Source: Euglena gracilis (Eukaryota). Taken from it: 64,000 nt of DNA. Numbering within the stretch: the stretch's first letter is position 1; every line of letters starts with the position of its first letter. The notes under the pieces were generated by a model, which saw only the letters and a program-made list of their open reading frames with translations, ran no database searches and was not told the origin of the DNA. The stretch is from NCBI GenBank assembly GCA_039621445.1, contig CP154954.1:32899455-32963454 (forward strand). The letters are read 5' to 3'. Below are positions 12,701 through 25,736 of the stretch, in pieces. Both the position numbers and the translations under genes were made by a program.

Positions 12701-13663
12701 TCTTGCCGAAAAATGCCAATTTTCCTTTCCCATTTTTTGTGGATTTTTCATTGAATGTGCTGGGACAGCGGAGTTTTTTTTTTTACTTTCTTATGGACCG
12801 CCCTGGTAAAAAATTAAAATTTCCATCATTAATCTCACCCCAAATTGACCATGTGTCATATCCCCGACTTTGTGTGTGAAACTTGACTACGTGCTGCCAC
12901 CAAAAGACGTACCCCCCCCTCATTTACACCGATGGTTCGGTATGTCACTTTCACACTGCTTGAAATCCCTGGGGGGGTCTGTATAAATGGGAGGTCGGTA
13001 TAAATGGGTCAAGGTGCCCAACTGGGGCGGGGGGGGGGGGACGAGGCGACGTGCATTTGTCCTCTCTCCCAGTTTGTCATCCAACCCCAATCAGCAATAA
13101 TCCATCTGTTCACATTTCACCAAAAATAAACGCTAGCGTGAGTCTAAGTGTTTTTTTTTGTGTTTTCTGAGACCTCTCCATGCTTTACCTTGGTGGACCG
13201 GATGCAAGAGAGGGGGGCCGGTATAAATCTATTTCTTCTTCTTTCCTTCACAGCGGTCGGTATAAACAAGGGGAGTTAGTATGAATGGGGGTGCGTCTAA
13301 ATGGGAAGGGTTAGAAAGAGTACGGGGGGAAAATGCCAGGCAAAATTATGGGCAAATTAAATAATTTTTAAACATTCCCATCATTTCTGTTTTCCCGTAA
13401 TTTTCGGACCGAAGTTGCGCCTGTGTGCACTCAGCGCATCGAATCAAGAACACTTTCCGTGTCAGCGGCCCGCCTCCCGCTTTCCGTGTCAGCAGCCACA
13501 CCTCCTTCACCTCCTGCCGGAGGTCCCGCACGAAGCCGGTCTGGTCCGCCATGAACTTCGCGAAGCGCTCCTCGAAGTCCCGGTCCTCCGCCTCCCGCTT
13601 CGCCTGCCGGCGCTGCTCCGCGCTCTGCTTCGCCGACGCCAGCTGCGCTGCGAACTCCGTGTC
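1760..13663 (-). CDS. FAM228-like hypothetical protein (multi-exon; first exon probably ~14000-14111)
   Basis: Exons 13502-13663, 12175-12238, 11492-11678, 10293-10470, ~6403-6483, 5743-~5953, 2351-2384 and 1760-1919 (TAG), with high GC3 and mostly GT-AG phase-consistent junctions. RRKEALHEGWAQSVYRPIQSEI resembles the FAM228 RKE.L...W...V..P.Q..I motif as recalled. Confidence 0.65.
2910..3020 (-). pseudogene. hAT transposase C-terminal dimerisation-domain remnant
   Basis: Minus frame reads CSAAQAERIFSQFRHIQTGDRLNMTDEIFISRLL*, which fits the S.A..ER.FS....I....R..M/L motif. Confidence 0.55.
3085..3450. repeat. 18-bp minisatellite (catctgcatcttgtccaa)n
   Basis: About 20 degenerate units. Confidence 0.9.
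5985..6298. mobile_element. hAT-type MITE with perfect 8-bp TSD
   Basis: TIR cagggcggtcc / ggaccgccctg. TSD cacatacg at 5977-5984 and 6299-6306. Confidence 0.92.
6703..7037 (+). repeat. Poly-G plus (TAAGGGGGGG)n minisatellite
   Basis: Read directly from the sequence. Confidence 0.95.
7130..7888. repeat. Tandem repeat, ~178-bp unit, ~4.3 copies
   Basis: caatgccaaacactggacac recurs at ~7130, 7296, 7474, 7652 and (one mismatch) 7831. The first unit is slightly shorter. Confidence 0.95.
7916..8196 (+). repeat. (TAAGGGGGGG)n minisatellite
   Basis: Read directly from the sequence. Confidence 0.95.
10858..11174. mobile_element. hAT-type MITE, same family as 5985-6298, perfect 8-bp TSD
   Basis: TIR cagggcggtc / gaccgccctg. 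TSD gtgtctgc at 10850-10857 and 11175-11182. Partial or interrupted relatives at ~12600-12805, ~16160-16420, 22426-~23248 and ~49318-49620. Confidence 0.92.
11679..12174 (-). other. Non-conventional intron in the FAM228-like gene
   Basis: Borders C|gccCAGgc ... gcCGGgcccc|GC pair in the canonical register with one mismatch. Removal gives WAQSVYRPIQ. Confidence 0.65.
11818..12069. repeat. (GT)n/(GTT) degenerate microsatellite
   Basis: Read directly. Similar tracts at 14150-14340, 24574-24650, 25450-25875 and 49075-49213. Confidence 0.95.
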
Positions 13664-14262
13664 CTGCGGCCACCCCGCCGCGGTCAGGCCGGGCGGCCAT
13701 TTTGTGTGCCGGCCTCGCCATTTCGGGTTTTTTGGGAAACGGGACCACCTTCGCCATCAAAACCAAAAAATGCAAACCAAAAGCCCCGGGGTCTCCCCCA
13801 GCGTATGGGACGTTTGTGTCCCGCCAAGCACTGCTGCACCGCCGCATCGGTGTTGGTCAGTTGGTGTACTGATGCTGGAACCGGCAGTGCCGAAAATCGA
13901 TCTGTGGGCAGCGGGGGGGGGGGGGTTGGTAAAGATGCCAACGTGTCCGCAGGTGTGGGGGGTGATTGGGCGGGTCGGTGGAGCGGCGGGGTGGGGGGGC
14001 GTGGAGCCGGAGGCGGATGGCCTCTCGCTGGCGTTCCTCCTGCAGCTCCCGGAAAGACGCCTCACAGCCCTCCCTTCCAGCCGGCCAGCCGGTCTGGGGT
14101 ACAATACACATTTCGTCATGATGTGGTTGGATAAATGCCAAAAGGGCGATTGGGTGTGTGTGATTGGGTGTGTGTGATTGGGTGTGTGTGTGTGTGTGTG
14201 TTTGTCCGTGTGTGTTTGTGCGTGCGTTTGCGTGCATGTGTGTCTGTGTGCGTGTATTTGCG

Positions 14263-14294
<32 letters not shown>

Positions 14295-17200
14295 CTCCCG
14301 TCTGTATTTGTGTGTGTGCATGTGTGCCACACACACATATCTACATACTTCTCCCCATACTCCTTCCCAGCACAACTTACCCAGCCAGTTCTTTCCCTCT
14401 CTTGCCAACTTTATCATAACAACAGGGGACTTGCTCCAATTGTCACCGTTTCCGTTCGGGCTGCGGTGATCATCATGGAAAAGTCACAATGATGTCACAA
14501 ACATCGTGTCACAAACATCGTAATTTAAAGCGCAGTGAACGGAAAAGCAAATGACACAAGGTCGAATTTCACACAAACTCTGAAGAGGAGAAACCCCAGC
14601 TTCAGGCTGGGAGGGGGATGACCCCTCCACCATTTCAGCGTTTTGAGTTGGACAAACCTGTGGTCCAAGGAAGGGAGGCCTGGGCCGGGGACTACAGCTT
14701 CGACGAAGGGGCTCAGCTGCAGGCTGTTCTCAGGGACACACACATGCCGACCAGCACCACACATTTTGGCTTCCGCCACAACCTCGATTCAAAAAAATTG
14801 CGACAACCGAACTGGAACTGAAGAGGGCAACGTGACTCCCCAAATATGGAAGCTGGTGTTGGATTTGTCGATCAGGTGTAGAATCCCTACCCATATGCTC
14901 ATTTAAATTTGGTTCCAATTTGCTCATTCAATTTGTATGGTAGCATTTGGAAAGGCGTCCATTACAGAGCAAATTGGACGCCAAATTAAATGAGCAAGGG
15001 GAGGGGAGATGCATGGTTCTGGATACCCCTGGGAAAAAACTGGTGCGAAGCGAAAAAATTCTTGGGCTCATATGCCCCATAATGGTGGTTTCTTGCAAAA
15101 ACAAAAACAAAATCCAACGCATGACTTCTCCGGCTCAAAATGCAAATTTGGTTCCTTGGGGGTCCCAGAACCCACTCAGCCCAAAAGGCGGGGGGGGGGG
15201 TGATCTGAGCCCTCCTCCCCCTGTACAAAACAACGCTCCATTAACACCCTGCGCATAACAGCATGACAATGGATAAAAAACCTTTTTTTTTTGCGCTGGA
15301 AAATGTTATAAATGTGTATTTGATTGGAGAGGGTTGAACTTTTGTGAAGCTCTGAGGCTTCCCGAAATATGCAAATACAAAACATACTGGAGCTTTTCTA
15401 CTTCAAAAATGGCGCTAGAATGGCATTTAATTGAAAGTGATCTTCCTTTGCTCTAAAAACCTCCTCACTTAAATCCCCCCAGGGGTTATAAGAACCTGTT
15501 TGGTGGTCGGTCCGGGGGGGCGGGGGGGGGGTAAGGGGGGGTGGTTATAAATTGAGCCTTGGTGTGTAATGGGAAGAGGTTCAAAATCACCCCCAATTCT
15601 TGCCCTGGGGGGGGCAAACAAGGTATTTTGGGTAACTTCATGGTTCTTTTTGCCAAAAACTGGGAGGTTGGCATGCCCACCACACCTGTTTTTTTGGACA
15701 CTGAGGAGTTTAGCATATTTTGTCTATTGCTTCTTCATCGTTCTTTCCCTCTGGGTGGGGTTGTAAATCACGGTTTGGTAATTGGGCCGGGGGGGGTTAT
15801 AAATGGGTTGATCCCCGAACAAGCCTGATCCACAAACTCCGCATTGCTGACCACAGAAAGATATCCCGCTGGGTCATGGACATGACATGCCATACTGAGC
15901 ACAACAATGCAACGGAATACGACAGAAACACAAATGCTGCAGAGAAAATGAGAAAGAGACGTGCTGTTTGGAGAGGAGGTGAAGAAAAATTGCAAGAGAA
16001 CCCATTTCTGGATGCTCTTTCAGAACGACGGTGAAAGAAAAGCAGTGGGAACACACAGCCAACAGCAGTCGATTGTCTGGCGATGGCAATGCAATGGCGA
16101 CCTTCGTTGGGTCATGACGTGAGTGCGGTATGGTTTCTGTTTGAGCCAAGTTGGGGCCTCCAGCCTGTTAACAGAAAAGAAACTCCGCTGTCCTAGCAGA
16201 TTGAACTAAAATCCCCAAGGAAATGGGCAAGAGTTCGATATCCCTTGGCAAAAAACCAGTTCACATCGGGGAACGATTGTAGCAATTTTGGACCATCGTC
16301 CATCCGCCGAAATCATCAAAAGAATACAAGTTTCGATTTGCTTTAATTTTCGAACCCGCTCGAGCCCCGGAGTGGCCATTGGCCGTTGGATAGTAAAAAG
16401 AAAAGTCCTGCCCCTTACGGTGGGGGAGGTGTGAATTCAGGCTGGACATTTGTGACGTCGCTTTTCTCGAGGGCTTTGGGCATTTCAGAGGAATTCTTGG
16501 GCTGGGGAAATGCTCCTCGGTCAACAAGTGATCATCTCCAACTGGCCAAAGCCTTTGGTGGTTTGTGTAGCTGCGTGAACAGGACGGCTTTGGGAGGTAT
16601 CTGTGACTGCAAGAGGTCTGTTGAATTCGAGACTGCAACCATTCAACACAGCGTCAGAAACAATGAAGCGAACTCTCGAATCTCAATGCGAAGAGCCAAG
16701 CTAGGAAGGGAGGAAGCAAGAGGAAAAGGCACATGACACACAATGATAATGGGACAGCACAGGGTCAAGATGAGGGTCGCTTCTTTTCCGTTGGATGCTG
16801 TTGGAAGGCCCAGACAATGCCATGGGAAAGGCACCAAGCTGGCAGGCCAAGCAACCAAGGACACTTTGAAACACTGCATGAACAAGAATGCACACCGACC
16901 CTCCAGGCAGAAGCCCTCTCGCCATTTTGGTCCGCAGCTGGGCGTGTGGTAAAGGCGGTTGTCCTTGCAAACGACAGGGCTCTGGCCAGGGATGGGCGTT
17001 CCAGTGCTCCCGTCCCCAATCGAAAAAAAAAAAGACGACCCTGAGAAGGACAGACCGGACGGCAGCGCAGGGAGGGGGTCTGTGTCGTCGTGGGCCGGCG
17101 GGATCGCTAAATGGGAGTGCCGAAGAGGGGCCCTGAGGCCCCCAACAGCACCGCCCCTTTGGGGAGGGATCGATGGATGGAGCCAAGCGATCCGTTCCAA

Positions 17201-17454
17201 ATGACTGAAGTCAGATAACCTAATAAAAATTTTTTTATGACACGGCCGGCTTCCGCATGGCTCGCTCAAAAAAGGGACAGTGTTTGTGTATTTTGTGCCC
17301 CTAAACACCCCAACCCACCGACCCAACCGCACCGTGTATGCTTCAATGGCACCCTCTCCCACGGGGACACTTTTACAAGGCAAAAGTCAACCGTGAAGCC
17401 TGATGACTCGAGAGGAGCGGTGGCTGGCGCTGCGACGTGGTATTGGCGGTCCAC

Positions 17455-20400
17455 CTTGTTGAGGAGCCGGTGGCAGGCCGCGGTGAGGAGGAGGGGGCCC
17501 TGCCCGGCCCGGCCTGCCTCCTGGGCCGCCTGGGGGAAACAGCAAAAGAACACACTTGTCGATTGTGCTTCAATTCCGACCCCGTTTGAGCCCCGGATCG
17601 GCCATTGGCTGTGGGATAGTTTAAAAACAAGGAGGCCTGCCCCTTAAGGAAGGTGGGGGGGTGTGAGTTGAGTCTGGGGCTAGACATTTGTGACGTTGCT
17701 TCAGGGATAGGTGGGGGGGAAGCTCACCGCCCCTCGACCAAAAGCAAGCCATGCATTGGCACGACACTCCGGAAGATGGCACCAGATGCAGTGCCTGGAT
17801 TTGAACACAGAACGTCACACCCCACGCTAATGTACCCGCCCCCCCCCCCTGGGTAATTGTCGCGCGACAAATCGGGCAGCACGAAGGGGGGGTGACAATT
17901 TCCCGGGGTGAAAATTTGGCCGGCACAGAGGGGGGTGACAATTGCCCGGGGGCGTCAATTGCCCGGGGGCGTCAATTGCCCGGGGGCGTCAATTGCCCGG
18001 GGGCGTCAATTGCCACCCATGTCGGCCACATTAAATCCAAATGACCAAGAACACCATCTGAAACACCAGTGAACATGCAAAAATGCAGCTATGGTTGTGA
18101 TATTGTGTAGAGCATTTGGTATGTGACATTTCTCCGCACGTTGTACCGAAATAGAGGATCAATCGAGTCGTGTCGGCGAAAAGAAAGTTCACAAACATCT
18201 TCTGTGGGGGGGGTGACAATTGGGCAGCACGGACGGGGGTGACAATTTCCCGGGGTGACAAATTGGCCGGCACAGACAGGGGTGACAATTGCCCGGGGGC
18301 GTCAATCGCCCGGGGGGGGGGGCGGGTAAGCAAAAATGCCACATGCGCGTGCAGCAATTTGCAAATAGGAAATAGCACATGGCATGTGCCGCACGGCAGA
18401 TGCACTGCGGCGCATCTGCTGGCGCCACCGTGACGCCGCGTCGCCTGCGGGCCGGCACACCTCCTGCGCGCCGGCCACCGGGGGGCCCAGGAGGCCCAGC
18501 AGGAGGGCCTCGTGCCCCCGCCCGCACACCGTGGAGAACGCCCCGCCGGCGTCCACCCCGACGCACAGCGGATGGGGCCAGGGCAACCATTGGCAGGGGG
18601 CCTGGGTGGAAGAGTCAGCCAGAGGGGGGGGGGCTGGCTGATCCGGACGTCCCCCACAGACACCAGTGTGGCTCTGGGTAACAGGTGTGGGACTTGGCAG
18701 CCTCCTGGGCGTTGGGGGGGGGGGAAGAGGGTGCGAGTGCACAGGCGAAGAAAACAAAGGGGGCACAGGGTGCGGGACTGATCATAACCCTGTGGATGCA
18801 TATGCGGCGTATATGTATCGATATATGTATATATACATGTATAGATATGTATCTATATATATATCTAGATATCTAGATATATGTATATATGTATGTATGT
18901 GTCGGTCTAACAAGGATGAAATCTTGCCAAAGCAAATGGGGGATTTCTTGGACCCCCACCGGGAGGGGGAGCATACATTCGGCCGGCAGCTGGGCTGGAC
19001 CTGGCCAACGGTTTTCAGGGACCCCAAACCTTCCTCGCACCACTTTGAGCATTTTTTTTTTTTGCACAAATTCAGAAAATATCAGCTGGAATCAGCCAAT
19101 CGACTTTTTATCAACCCCCCCCCCCTCTGAGAAGGGGGCTTCGGTTAATGGGCCAATGGATAGCTGTTGGCTGGGGAAAAAAAACGGGGTGTGGGATTGC
19201 TGGATGATCCCTCCGTGGGTCCCAGCCAGCAGAAGCAGATGGTCTGCTTTAAGCTGTAGCATATAAAAAAAGCTGAAATTGCAAGCAATTTTGTTTGAAG
19301 AACGAAGAAGAAATTACAAAAGAAAAGGGGTCCGGGAATGGCGCATTTCATGAGCCTGTCTGGAAAAATCTGGGTGAATAAATGAATGACATAACTGTTG
19401 AATCCAAACCCACCCCAGAGGGTCTCATGACCCCCTCCAGTTACACTAAGGCCTTTTGTCTGTTATGGCAAGCGCTATCCAACAGTGTCCCCCTGAAAGG
19501 GTCCCATACCCACCCTGTAGTGGAGCTGGGTCTGGTACATTATCAAGGGGGGCATGGTACACACGGGCAAAGATGAGAAATTTTATCTGTGAATAAGAAT
19601 GACAATACCTGCAAGATGGATACTGCACACTCCACTGCCTCATTGGCAGACGCTGTTGGGAACGTCACCAGCATCCCATTCCCTGGAGAGAATGAAAGGG
19701 GGAGGTGCAAGCATCCAACCACTACCAGGGAACACACTTACTGCCTCTGACCGGGGTGACCCCACGGATGACATTGTGGCGACTACCTTGGCAGCGGGGA
19801 AATAATTTCTTCCAATCTTTAAAACCCCATACAATCAGAACCCCTCAAAGACCCTCCCGGAATGAGGTGCTGCAACCTGTTGATGCACTGGGTTACTTTG
19901 TGAGGCACTCCGCAAAAGCATATGCATTGAACGTATGGGCAATATGGCCATTGATTGACAATAAAAAAATATAAAAATTAATTACCAGTTCTATCCTGCC
20001 CGTTTCTCGTGTTGTGTGAGTCGGACTAGCATGAGCAGGGAAACCCATTGCCAAAGCACGGCCGCAGCAGCCGAGGAGCCGTACCAATCCACGGGTAGCA
20101 GGTGCCGCCCACGGCTGCCACCCGTCGGTGGACCACGCCCATCAAGGCGCCGATGCTGTGGGCGACCGAGGCGGCTGGGCTGTTGGAGACGGAGCCAGCC
20201 TAAAGGTGCGGGGTGGCAGGGGCTGGGGGCGAAACATGATCAAATGGGGCAGCCCACAACCCCCTCCCCCCTGGATGATCTCTGGGCAGGTCAACAAAGA
20301 CAGAGATAATCAGGTCTATGGAGACAACCTAACCCCCCCCCCCGGGAAACTGTCACCTGACAGGTTGGCCGGTATCGGGGGCCCTGATGTATGTATGTAC

Positions 20401-23400
20401 GTACATACGTACGTACGTATGTATGTATGTATGTATGCATGCATGTATGTATGTATGTATGTATGTATGTATGTATGTATGTATGTATGTATGTATGTAT
20501 GTATGTATGTATGTATGTATGTATGTATGTATGTATGTATGTATGTATGTATGCATGCATGCATGTATGTATGTGTGCATGCATGCATATATGTATGTAC
20601 GTATGTGTGTATGTATGTGTGTATGTATGTATGCATGTATGTATGTACGTATGTAAGTAGGTATATATGAATGTATGTATGTATGCATGTATGTATGTAT
20701 GTATGTCTGTATATATGTATATATGTATATATGTGTGTATGTATGTGTGTACGTATGTATGTATGTATGTATGTATGTATGTATGTATGTATGTATGTAT
20801 GTATGTATGTACGTATGTATGTATGTATGTATGTATGTATGTATGTATGTATGTATGTATGTATGTATGTATGTATGTATGTATGTATGTATTGTATGTA
20901 TGTATGTGTGCATGCATGCATGTATGTATGTACGTATGTGAGTATGTATGTATGTATGTATGTATGCATGCATGTATGTATGTACGTATGTACGCATGTA
21001 TGTATGAATGTATGTATGTATGCATGTATGTATGTATGCATGTCTGTATATATGTATATATGTATGTAGGTATGAATGTATGCATGCATGCATGTATGTA
21101 TGTATGTATGTATGTATGTATGCGTGAATGTATGTATGTATGTATGCATGTATGTGTGTACGTACATACGTACGTATGTAAATATGTATGTATGTATGTA
21201 CCTCCCCCCCCCTCAGCCCAATGAATGTATGTATGTATGTATGTATGTATGTATGTATGTATGTATGTATGTATGTATGTATGTATGTATGTATGTATGT
21301 ATGTATGTATGTATGTATGTATGTATGTATGCATGTATGTATGTATGTATGTATGCATGCATGAATGTATGCATGCATGTATGTATGCATGTATGTATGT
21401 ATGTATGTATGTGTGTACTCTACGAATGTGCAGTTTTACATCCATACAAATATACACTTATGTGAATGTGCAATTATAAATACATCCAAATTCATCCCAT
21501 TGGGATCCTTTGTCCCTTTTCCCAAGTCAGTGGTCAGAGAGCAGGGCAGGCACTGCCCAGCACACCAGCTGCCTGAGGGACCCCACGGTGAGGGGCTGGA
21601 CCCCGATGAACGCCACCACCAGCTCTGCAGCGGTCCCTTGCTCTGTCAGGGGCAGGCTGGCTGTGCCCCTGGAGACTCCGAATGAATGCGGATGTGACCA
21701 ATCAAAGGATGACAGGTAAAAAAAATGCAAAGATGTTCCATGAAATGGCTATGATCGGGACAACTATCAACCAATCACAGAGATGAATTCTGCAATTTTG
21801 CATTTTTTTGCAATTTTTTTGGATCAATGTTTGAAAGCTGCCACATTTTTGACAAATTTTATCGAAAATTGTGTCACAGAGGACTTTGGGTCATCCTGGG
21901 GTGTTTCATTTCGAGAATTCCACTTTATCATCCCCCTGACTTATAACCCACCCTTTTGGCTGACTAGCCAAACCACATCACAACCATATCGGCTTTAAAT
22001 GGGTGGGCTTTAATGTTGCATTTTTTTTCCAACTCAATCCGCAGAGGAACCAAAATTTTAGTCCCAGCCACAATTTTTTTTTAGAACTTTCATCCCCCCC
22101 CTCCAAACCCTACTGCGGCACGATGAAAATTAAGCAAAAATTGCCGAAACTTGTGACTTTGGAAACAAAAAAACATCCAAATTTTTTCGGGTTGTCTGGG
22201 GCAAAAAGCCGTCAGAGGCCCTTCGAGAAGGGGGCACCCTTGGGCAGGGTTGAGGCAACACTCATCCTGGTCAGGGGGTCGATTCCATGAGCCAGCCGAT
22301 GGGTGACGACCGGTGGAGCGTACCGCTCCGCCACGCCGACTGCCTCCTGCGGCGGCAACCAGGGGTGCAGAGGGGAGGTCTGGTGGTGGCGGGGGGGGGG
22401 GGCAGGTCACGTAGGAGGTCTGGGGCAGGGCGGTCCTTGAGCAAAAAAAAAGAGGTATTGCACAAATTGGCGCCCTCACTGGCAATTTCCCCCCACCCCC
22501 ACCCCCACTGATGCGCACGGATGCCATTTTTTCAAAGATGGCAAAAAATGGGTGATTTTGGCTGTGCCACGGGGGGGGGGGGGGCTGCAACCCACCGGAC
22601 CCCCCCTTCCCCCCGCCCCCCACTAACCCTCACTCAACCCTCCTCCTTTTTGAAAACTTCTCATTCTTCGATAAACTTCTCATTCTTCGATGTTTTCCCT
22701 CTGAAAAATGGTCTAAAGTGTGAAATCTTTGGCTGTGGGGGGATGGGACGCGCCCCCCCCCCCCAAATAACAATCAAAGTGCCGTTTTCGGACTTTTTTG
22801 TGAAAGAGGTTTTAACTGTTTTCTTTTTGACCCCACAAATGACCCCAATGAAATGCAAACACATTTCACAGCAATTCGAAAAATGCACACAAGAACAGGA
22901 AATAATTTTTCCGGTTACCCCCCCCACTCACTAAGGCTGGTGGGAGCGCAATATATGAAAAAAAAAACACACTAAACTTTCTGGTGGTCTAAACCAGCAC
23001 ATTGCCAAAAATCCACCGGGAAATTTTGGCAAAAATTGGTCGACTTTGGGCAAATAAAATTCTTTCTGGTGCCCTTGGGCCGGAGCCAAGCAACCCAAAA
23101 CATCAAATAAAAATGTGTTTTATTCTTCGACTCTTAATTTTCGACCCCGTTCGGCGCACGGACTGACCATTGGCTGGGCCTCAAGCCTAAGGGCAGTCCT
23201 TCAGAGTTGGTGCTTAAAAAGAGCATCCTGTCCCTTATGGACCATCTGGTGGTATTCGGTTGATCAATGCAGGGATTTTGAGACGGCGGACAAATCAAAG
23301 AACAAATCAAAAAGATATCCAAACAGCAATCCAATTTGGCCTAAATGCCTAAATGTCCCGCCCCCTGGCTTGAAGCCTGCCTCCCTCTGCAGCGGGCACA

Positions 23401-24572
23401 TTGACCATTCAAACTACATGAAATTGGGGGGGGGAATTACGCACACACACCAGGAGGCTGCCGAGCAGTGGGGACAGCTGGACGCCGTAGTCCTCATCGA
23501 TCCCGTCGACGGACTTTACGGACAATGCGTGGCCACCGAACCTGGCCAAGACCAGGGGCCACAGCACACGAGACCCTCGCTCCAAAACGACTCAGTTTTT
23601 ACCAAACCGTCGTGGCTCTCAGATTGAAGACATATTCGCACACTTTTACACAATACGAATGCAAATCTCACTCCATCCCAGGGGAAAATGTGGGTTGGAC
23701 CTCTCAGTTTCCTGAACGGAAAGAACAAAAGAAACCAAACCAACGCCATTATGGGCTCCTACAAATATGTATTCAGCACCACACCAGCAGGGGACAACAT
23801 TTATCATTGTGGAAATAGAAAAATGTTGATGAGAACGGCTCACACAAGCTCTCCCTCTGCCTCCTCCTCCACCGTCCCACCTCTTCCTCCACACAACCTA
23901 TACCGGCAATTATTTTTGAGCCTTTCCACTCTCAATGTCTGGGCCTCGGATGGCGTTCTGTAATGGTCAGCACATTCGCCACAAAAAAAAACTCACGCCC
24001 AACGTCACTGCAAATGAAAATTTCCTCTGAAGGAAGGGAAAGATATAAAACAATAACGTCCAGAGACACACACCTCCGGGTCGAAATGGTCTCTCTCTGC
24101 GAGAAAAGAGATATACTGCTGTCCGGGGGGGGGGGGTCACAAATCCTGGTCGACACCGAGGAGGGGGAGGGAGGAACAATTCAAAAAATAATTATAATTC
24201 GCATCAGGAATTAAAGGAACAGAGCAAGGATTGGTGCAGGCTGGTGGTCTGGAGGAAAGAGGCTGGAAATCAGAATTGCTGGCAGTCTTTAAAACAAAAA
24301 AGTGAAAATGAAAAATCCGAGTCTCTTAAAGACCGCCCTCCAAAAGCAAGGTATGAAAATTACAAAAAATTGAAGACAGAAGCAACTGGATTTCCTTTAA
24401 TATGCCAAGGAAGAACCTTGGAGGAAAATGGGAATTGAGCAGGAGTTTGCTGAATTGACTCTCGTCCACGTGTCTTGGTGGTTTGGATTGCCACCCCCCA
24501 GCAACACCCGAGGCCTCCCCCACTGTCCCTGGGCTCCAGGCTTCCCTGGCACCCACCCACCCACCCACCCGC

Positions 24573-24653
<81 letters not shown>

Positions 24654-25665
24654 GCAGCAGCGACACGCGGTGGTGCCGGGGGTCCCGAGCGATCTTGGCG
24701 TACAGCTCGTCCACTGCCGCCTCCGGCCCCTCTGCGGGGAGTGCCGGACAGGAGAGGAAATAATTCCAACGGTTTTCTGGGACACTCAAGGACTTAGCAA
24801 TGCTGGCGGGGGGATGACTGCCATCTACACATACTCACTGCGTCTGAATTTTGGAGGACATTATTTTGCATGCTTGAAGTGAGCAAGAAGGTATTTTAGG
24901 GTGAATTCCCGGAAGGTTTTTTGACTGGGAGGGGTGCATTGTATTATTACTTAAAAAATTGGGAGACTCATGCCGCCTTCAAATGTGGGGCTTAGTGACA
25001 ACCTCAGGCATGACTGCTCCAGAGCGCATTCACCAAACGCTGTTGCGCCTGGAGCTGTCCATGGTGGCATGTGGGGGTACAGCACTGCACACCAATGACT
25101 TGGAAGAAAGCGCCGGGCTGCGGGATGGAAAGCAGGCAGCTGGTGAGGCGCTTCTTCTGGTTGGCAACGCGGCCGTACAGCCCGATGTAAGCCACCTGCA
25201 TGTGTGTGTGTGTGTGTGTGTGTGGTGCGTGTGTGCGTGTTGCGTGCGTGTGTGCGTGCTCGGCACAGATGCCAATGCAACAATGGCTGTGGCATATGGG
25301 GTGAGTGGGGTAGGGGGATCCCCAGTCTGCTGTCCCATCTCCTCAATTCTGCCATACCACCTCACCAAAAGCACATATGCCAGGCAGGGAACCAGCAAAC
25401 TCACCAAAACTGTGGGACACCAAAAGACCAGAAATCGGGGGGGGTGTAAATGTTGTGCACTTATGTGCGTGCGTTGTGTGTGCGTACGCGCGTGTGTTGC
25501 GTGTGTATGAGTGTATGCGCTGTTGTGTGCGTTTGTGAATTGTAAATGTGTGTGTTGTGTTTGTGTGTTGTGTTTGTGCTGCACGTTGTGTGCGTGCGTG
25601 TGTCTGTGTGTTTGCATGTTGTAAATTTGTGTGAGTTGTGCTGTTGTTGTAGATGTTGTTGCTGT

Positions 25666-25736
<71 letters not shown>

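Noticed and set aside
16560-17454. Terminal exons of the BLUF gene
   Set aside because: Several candidate donors and acceptors give different plausible frames; cannot choose without cDNA.
20291-21479. Long HTYI / MYVC ORFs (up to 388 aa)
   Set aside because: Translation of the (TATG)n microsatellite inside an intron.
23928-24546. Alternative BLUF bridging exons (NAIRGPDIE at ~23930-23957; GSLEPR at ~24529-24545)
   Set aside because: Worse splice sites or spacing than the canonical 24074-24096 micro-exon.
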